Source: Bacteroidota bacterium | GTDB lineage: Bacteria; Bacteroidota; Ignavibacteria; UBA10030; UBA6906 | DNA length: 49,971 bases | Direction of reading: 5' to 3' | Assembly: GCA_041493205.1 (NCBI GenBank) | Contig: JBGPYM010000001.1 | Span: 1 to 49,971 of the forward strand | Shown here: in pieces, positions 45,251 through 49,971 of the stretch | Position numbering within the stretch: position 1 is the stretch's first letter | How the letters are laid out: every line of letters starts with the position of its first letter | Translations under genes and position numbers: made by a program | Notes under the pieces: model-generated | Database searches by the model: none | What the model saw: the letters and a program-made list of their open reading frames with translations, nothing else | Told to the model about the DNA's origin: nothing

Positions 45251-46369
45251 TCACTGCACTGCACACCTGTTTGGGCCTGCCTCCAGGTCGAGGGGGTCGA
45301 TCGCGCCGGGATCGGCCTTGCCTTCATTGAATGCAATGATGGCATGAAAATTCGTGGGTTTGGAACCCAGGTGGCCGATCACCGCGGCGACGAATTCATC
45401 TTTCCCTGCGGCCAGCATGCGGATGCCTGAACGCAGTTCCCCCATGCGCCCCCCGACCGGTACGCCGTCGAACGCGATGGGCCGGCTGACGTGCGCTGGG
45501 AGAATCCGCACGTCGTCACCGAGTGTGAGGAGTTTCCGGTGGAGACTCTCGTACAACAGCGCCGCCCCTGCCGCGGCCCCGGCGTCTCCGCGTTCAAGAT
45601 CAGGCCTCCCGACACTCTCCACAAAGAGCGTATCCCCCGTCAACACCACCTCCTCCTTCAGGACGTAGCACGCGCTTTCACCCGTGTGTCCAGGCGTCGA
45701 CACCATGCGTACGGATTCACCTCCCACCGCAAAGGATGCGCCGTCACGGAGCGACGTAAACGGAAATTTGATCCGATCGTTCTCCGGCAGGTACAGTGCG
45801 GCCCCGGTCGACAGACAGAGCGCGCGGGCGCGAGAGAGATGATCGGCATGTATATGCGTCTCGGCCACGGCGACGATTTTTGCCCCCAGCCGCCCGGCCA
45901 CGTCTTCATACGCTGATGCATCCACACTCGGGTCCACCACGAGCGCCTCTCCCCGCGAAGACATGACATAGGAAAGGCATCCCTTTGCGTTCCGCCTCAC
46001 CTGGACCAGTACAGGTGCGTCCGGTGACGACAGCGGTACGCGGGCTTCGCTCCAGATTCCGGACCAGAGGCGCATGCCGCCCGTGAGACTGTACGCGCTG
46101 TAGCCGCGCGATTCGAGAACGCGGGCAGCAACGCGCGATGTCACTCCTGCGCGGCAAACCGCAACGACCGGCCGGTCACCCGGCAGCACGTCCAGCAGAT
46201 CCGCAAAATTCTGGACCTTCCCTGCGTTGATTGCATTATAGACAGGGATGTTAACGCTCTCCTGGATATGCCATTCCGCGTACTCTTCCGCCTCCCGGAT
46301 GTCGAGCACTGTCAGCGGTTCGCCGGACTCCAGTCTCGTCCTCAGATCCCATGGTCCAATTTCCATCAT
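45251..46369 (-). CDS. rhodanese-domain / metallo-beta-lactamase-fold fusion protein (persulfide-dioxygenase-like sulfur enzyme)
   Basis: An N-terminal rhodanese domain with the active-site loop CRAGVTS, followed by an MBL fold with ETHIHADH (HxHxDH) and PGHTGES. Confidence 0.75.
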   Translation of the reverse strand: MMEIGPWDLRTRLESGEPLTVLDIREAEEYAEWHIQESVNIPVYNAINAGKVQNFADLLDVLPGDRPVVAVCRAGVTSRVAARVLESRGYSAYSLTGGMRLWSGIWSEARVPLSSPDAPVLVQVRRNAKGCLSYVMSSRGEALVVDPSVDASAYEDVAGRLGAKIVAVAETHIHADHLSRARALCLSTGAALYLPENDRIKFPFTSLRDGASFAVGGESVRMVSTPGHTGESACYVLKEEVVLTGDTLFVESVGRPDLERGDAGAAAGAALLYESLHRKLLTLGDDVRILPAHVSRPIAFDGVPVGGRMGELRSGIRMLAAGKDEFVAAVIGHLGSKPTNFHAIIAFNEGKADPGAIDPLDLEAGPNRCAVQ

Positions 46370-46449
46370 TTTGACCCAACTCCTTTCCAGGCACAGAATA
46401 CGACGTGTCAGAACCTAGACATGCGGCGTGTAAAAGTCAATGGGGGTGG

Positions 46450-46478
46450 TTGACTCTCGCCAAAATGTTCAGTACAAT
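46450..46478 (+). promoter_or_regulatory. sigma70-type promoter
   Basis: TTGACT (46450-46455), a 17-nt spacer and TACAAT (46473-46478). The GGAGG Shine-Dalgarno at 46527-46531 lies 4 nt before ATG 46536. Confidence 0.6.
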
Positions 46479-46535
46479 CTCGCGTCACACCTCGTTGATT
46501 TCCCGATTCCACACTAATCCCCCCCCGGAGGGCCT

Positions 46536-46952
46536 ATGAATAAGAAAGTATGGCTCGGCTTTATCGTCGTGCTCGTGTTGATGGAGGTGGTGAGTTTTGT
46601 CGTACACACGCTCATCCTTGGAGCAACGTACGAGACACTGAAGAGCCTCTGGCGCCCTGACATGCAATCCCATATCTGGATGTATCAGGTCATCTCGGTG
46701 ATCGGCGCATTCTTCTTCACATTCATATTCTCCAAAGGTTATGAGGGGAAGGGCCTTGCCGAAGGGATCCGGTACGGTCTTTATATTGGAATCTGGATGA
46801 GCGTCGGCATGGCGTACGGAACGTATGCGATGATAGCGATTCCATACTCGCTGGCGTTGCAGTGGTTTATTTACGGCGTCATCTCTTACGTCATCTACGG
46901 TATTGCGCTTGCAATGGTTTTCGGGAAGAAGGCAGCGCCTCCGGCGGCCTGA
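46536..46952 (+). CDS. hypothetical small integral membrane protein (about 4 TM)
   Basis: 138 aa with a good promoter, SD and terminator around it. Hydrophobic, with no catalytic motif recognised. Confidence 0.65.
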   Translation: MNKKVWLGFIVVLVLMEVVSFVVHTLILGATYETLKSLWRPDMQSHIWMYQVISVIGAFFFTFIFSKGYEGKGLAEGIRYGLYIGIWMSVGMAYGTYAMIAIPYSLALQWFIYGVISYVIYGIALAMVFGKKAAPPAA

Positions 46953-46981
46953 CACCCGGCACAAGCTCCCTGAACACAGTG

Positions 46982-47026
46982 GAAAGACCTGGCGGGTTCG
47001 GTTTCCCTGCCAGGCCTTTCTGTTTT
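46982..47026 (+). terminator. intrinsic terminator
   Basis: GAAAGACCTGGC (46982-46993) pairs with GCCAGGCCTTTC (47009-47020) with one mismatch and a 15-nt loop. TGTTTT (47021-47026) follows. Confidence 0.6.
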
Positions 47027-47042
47027 CCCTCGAGAGAGGACA

Positions 47043-49388
47043 ATGCCCTTCACACGACGCCAATTCATCCAGTCCGCCTCCGGCGGCCTCCTCGCCACCG
47101 CGTTCGCAGGCAGGTCGGTTCAGGCCGGGCTCTTCCCGGCAGGCGCAGCCCGGCCGCCTGCGGCGTTCGATGTCCTCCACGGAGAGCAGGCAGGGACCTT
47201 TGACATTACATTTCATGGAACCCGGCTCGTCACGGGGGCCAGGTGTGTCCTGGAGACCGGCAAGAGAACAATCCAGTCGACCGACCCTGACCAGGAATTC
47301 TCTCTGAATCGTGACGATGAGGGGATCCTCCTCCGCTGGGTGAGTGCGGTCCAGGGACTCCAGCTCGATTGTGCGTTCGTCCCCCGGGAGACGGGGCTGG
47401 TGCTGATACCGCGGGTTCGGAACATCTCTCCGGCCGGCCGGCGTGTCACAAGCCTCTCTCCCTGTGTCGCACGGGTCGCCGATGGCGGCGCGCTCCGGTT
47501 TGGAGGAGGGGATCTTCGCGCGCTCGCCGATGCATGGGAGCGGTGTTACGGTGAATGCGGCATCGTTCGGCTCACGGCGAACTCGCGTGTCCGGAGCGCA
47601 TGGGATCTTCATCTCTTCGACCCGGGTGCGGGAAGGACGCTCACGGTGAGCTACCTCGACATTCCCCGCTCAAAACTGCACGTTGACATTGAACGCACCG
47701 GGGACTCTCCGGTTCTTGATCTCTCGGTCAGGATGGACGTCCATGCCGGACGCGAGGGAGTGCTGATCCCTCCGGGGACCGTGATCGAGCCGGGGTCGAT
47801 CCTGTTCGCCCTCGCAGAGGGGCCTGTCCACGAATGGCTGGAACGGTACGCGCGGGATATTGCACGGCACAACGGGCTGCCTGCCGTCGCGTCGATCCCC
47901 ACGGGGTGGGTGGACTGGTATTTTTCCTTCGCCAAAACGACGCAGGAAGATATCCTTAAGAACCTTGACTTCATCGCCAGAGAATTGAAGGATTTTGGTC
48001 TCGAGTACGTCCAGATCGATTCGGGCTGGCAGCTTGGCGTCGAGACATCCTCTCCCCCTCATAACACTGTTGCCGGCGGGCCATGGACCGAGAATTCCAA
48101 ATTCGCCAGGGGGATGAAATGGTTTGCCGGCGAAATCCGCGCACGCGGCCTGAAGCCCGGCATCTGGGTGCGGCCGTTTCAGTTCAGTGACGGCGCGCCG
48201 GAGCGCTCCCTGCACCCGGAGTGGTTTAACAGCCGGGGACAGATGGATATTTCAAATCCGGAAGTCCGCCGGCTCATCCGGGATCTGTTTGTCAAGCTTG
48301 TGGAGGAGTGGGGCTTCGAATACATCAAGTACGATTTTGTCGCCTTCGACCTCTTCGGGGAATTCGGTCCGAAGGCATACGGGGACGCCCTTGCCATCGC
48401 CGAGCCCCGGGACCAGTCCCGCACCAGTATACAGATCTACGGAGACATGCTGGGCGAGATCCGCGCTGCCGTCGGCAACAAAGCGAAGATCCTTGCATGC
48501 AACAGCGTCATGCCTTCGACGCTCGGATCGGCAGACGCATTTCGCATAGGGGACGACGTCGGCAATTGGGACCGGACGTTCCGCTACGGGGTCTCGTCCG
48601 TGGGACCCCGGTATTTCACCAACGGCGTATTCTGGGCCAACGATCCTGACTGCCTGCTCGTCCGTGAGCCGTTCACGCTCAACCAGGCACGCATGTGGGG
48701 AAGTCTCATCGCGCTGTCGGGGGGAATCGTATTCATCAGCGAGAATCTTGCGGCGTTGCCCCAGGAACGTCTGGAGATTGTCAAGAAGTGCCTGCCGGTC
48801 TATGCCAATGCGGGAGAAGGGTACCGCTTTGGCCGTCCAATCGACCTTTTTGAACGGGTCCCCGCCACTGTGTGGCATTTGCCGGTCCGCCGCGGATTTG
48901 CATCGTGGGACGTCGTAGGGCTCTTTAACTGGAGCGATCAACCGGCATCGCGCTCGTTCGACCTGGCGACCACCGGCATAGCACCGGGAGACTCGCTTCT
49001 GGCGTATGATTTCTGGAAAGGGGAATTCCTGGGTGAGGTGCACGGCACGATGTCCCTGATGCTGGAGCCCATGAGCAGTCGTGTGATCGCGCTTCACCGC
49101 GCGACGGGAAGACCTCAGCTCCTCTCAACGTCCCGCCATGTCACGCAGGGGGGCGTGGAGTTGCTCAGTCTCACCTGGGACGAGGCGAGCGGAGTCCTTT
49201 CCGGCTCGGTCCGGGCGGTGGCCGGCAATCCGTACGATCTCATTGTCCATGTTCCGGATGAGTATGTGCTGGTGCGGCTTGATGGTGTCAAGAGTCCGGA
49301 AGGGGCGGCGGGGCGCGTCCGGAAGTGGCGGGTGAGCGGTGACGTCACCGCTCCCGCAGGATGGCAGGCACACTTCACCAAACGATAG
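47043..49388 (+). CDS. Tat-exported clan GH-D glycoside hydrolase (alpha-galactosidase-like, GH27/GH36-type TIM barrel)
   Basis: Twin-arginine signal MPFTRRQFIQSASGGLLATAFAG. Catalytic-barrel strings: YVQIDSGWQ, GIWVRPF, EYIKYDF, FRIGDDV and NDPDCLLV, aligning with the melibiase-type KxD and DD motifs. Confidence 0.7.
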   Translation: MPFTRRQFIQSASGGLLATAFAGRSVQAGLFPAGAARPPAAFDVLHGEQAGTFDITFHGTRLVTGARCVLETGKRTIQSTDPDQEFSLNRDDEGILLRWVSAVQGLQLDCAFVPRETGLVLIPRVRNISPAGRRVTSLSPCVARVADGGALRFGGGDLRALADAWERCYGECGIVRLTANSRVRSAWDLHLFDPGAGRTLTVSYLDIPRSKLHVDIERTGDSPVLDLSVRMDVHAGREGVLIPPGTVIEPGSILFALAEGPVHEWLERYARDIARHNGLPAVASIPTGWVDWYFSFAKTTQEDILKNLDFIARELKDFGLEYVQIDSGWQLGVETSSPPHNTVAGGPWTENSKFARGMKWFAGEIRARGLKPGIWVRPFQFSDGAPERSLHPEWFNSRGQMDISNPEVRRLIRDLFVKLVEEWGFEYIKYDFVAFDLFGEFGPKAYGDALAIAEPRDQSRTSIQIYGDMLGEIRAAVGNKAKILACNSVMPSTLGSADAFRIGDDVGNWDRTFRYGVSSVGPRYFTNGVFWANDPDCLLVREPFTLNQARMWGSLIALSGGIVFISENLAALPQERLEIVKKCLPVYANAGEGYRFGRPIDLFERVPATVWHLPVRRGFASWDVVGLFNWSDQPASRSFDLATTGIAPGDSLLAYDFWKGEFLGEVHGTMSLMLEPMSSRVIALHRATGRPQLLSTSRHVTQGGVELLSLTWDEASGVLSGSVRAVAGNPYDLIVHVPDEYVLVRLDGVKSPEGAAGRVRKWRVSGDVTAPAGWQAHFTKR

Positions 49389-49400
49389 CCCGGGCTGACG

Positions 49401-49971
49401 ATGCTTTCACATCCTCTCGATCCTCTCCTCGCCGCAGCATTGATGGCCGCGGGGTTTGTGGCAGGCGTCATGAATGCGATCGCCGGCGGGGGGACCCTGG
49501 TGACGTTTCCATCCCTGGTGTTCGCCGGTCTCCCTTCGGTGGTTGCCAACGCAACGAGCACGGTTGCCCTTCTGCCTGCGGCATTGAGCAGCGCGGCCGG
49601 TTATCGTAACCGGATCAGGTCGGTATTCCGGTGGCTGAAACTGTTCGCCCCGGTAAGCCTGCTGGGCGGACTGGCGGGGGGGATTCTGCTGGTGCAGACC
49701 CCCTCCAGAGTCTTTGACGGGCTTGTCCCGTTCCTGATTCTCTTCGCCACGATCCTGTTCATGGCGCACAGCACGGTTGCGCGCATATTCGGGAAGCGCA
49801 TGGCGGTGACCGGCGCAGACATTCCGCATCGTTGGAAGCTCTGGGCGGTCGTTTTTCAGTTTCTTGTGGCGGTGTACGGAGGGTACTTCGGGGCCGGGAT
49901 CGGGATCCTGATGCTCGCGTCGCTCGGATTGCAGGGCTTTGAGGACGTGCATGAGATGAACGCCCTCAAGG
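49401..49971 (+). CDS. TauE/SafE-family (DUF81) anion exporter, 3'-truncated by the window edge
   Basis: The frame is open from ATG 49401 to the window end. Motifs: GVMNAIAGGGTLVTFPSLVF and VYGGYFGAGIGILMLA, typical of the sulfite-exporter TauE/SafE family. It is not in the ORF track because no stop lies in the window. Confidence 0.75.
   Translation, partial: MLSHPLDPLLAAALMAAGFVAGVMNAIAGGGTLVTFPSLVFAGLPSVVANATSTVALLPAALSSAAGYRNRIRSVFRWLKLFAPVSLLGGLAGGILLVQTPSRVFDGLVPFLILFATILFMAHSTVARIFGKRMAVTGADIPHRWKLWAVVFQFLVAVYGGYFGAGIGILMLASLGLQGFEDVHEMNALK

Noticed and set aside
46485-47612. A 375-aa minus-strand ORF.
   Set aside because: It runs across the small membrane protein gene, its terminator and the 5' end of the Tat-exported glycosidase. 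All of these have independent promoter, SD, terminator or signal-peptide support on the plus strand.
49407-49952. A 181-aa minus-strand ORF at the window end.
   Set aside because: The opposite strand encodes a clear TauE/SafE membrane protein (GGGTLVTFP and YGGYFGAGIG motifs). The minus-strand product is a hydrophilic, R/Q/P/H/G/E-rich, compositionally biased shadow.

Overview
GC-rich bacterial chromosomal window, above 60% GC by eye. It is densely coding, and many neighbouring genes are joined by 1-4 nt start/stop overlaps. I found no CRISPR array, transposase, integrase or phage genes, so this reads as core and metabolic DNA rather than a mobile island.

Gene content, left to right:
1. 1-20230 (+): a roughly 20 kb co-directional carbohydrate locus. 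It holds a CUT2 sugar ABC system, a secreted GH38 alpha-mannosidase, a lone CUT1 permease, two GDE-type (alpha/alpha)6 hydrolase paralogs (one secreted, one cytoplasmic), a GH63/MGH-like hydrolase, a class-V aminotransferase, an APC permease and a large secreted multidomain HExxH protein.
2. 20312-24717 (-): secreted zinc metalloprotease, MgtC-like membrane protein and uridine kinase.
3. 25294-32852: arginine biosynthesis cluster argC-J-B-R-G-H (-), divergent from argD (+). Tandem ARG boxes sit in the shared control region.
4. 33064-35357 (+): NfnAB/GltD-like oxidoreductase pair behind a sigma54-type promoter.
5. 35437-39044 (-): a tightly coupled four-gene module of Rrf2 Fe-S regulator, NapH-like polyferredoxin, SAM methyltransferase and octahaem HAO-like cytochrome c. 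I consider this the most interesting candidate for an undescribed system.
6. 39189-49971: MOT-family molybdate/sulfate transporter, alternative GlmU-like gene plus nagB, tRNA-Gly(CCC), M13 peptidase, rhodanese-MBL sulfur enzyme, small membrane proteins, a Tat-exported clan GH-D glycosidase and a truncated TauE/SafE exporter.

Most long antisense ORFs in the track are high-GC shadow ORFs. Several track ORFs have over-extended N-termini, which I trimmed. All functional calls rest on motif recognition by eye. No database search was run.
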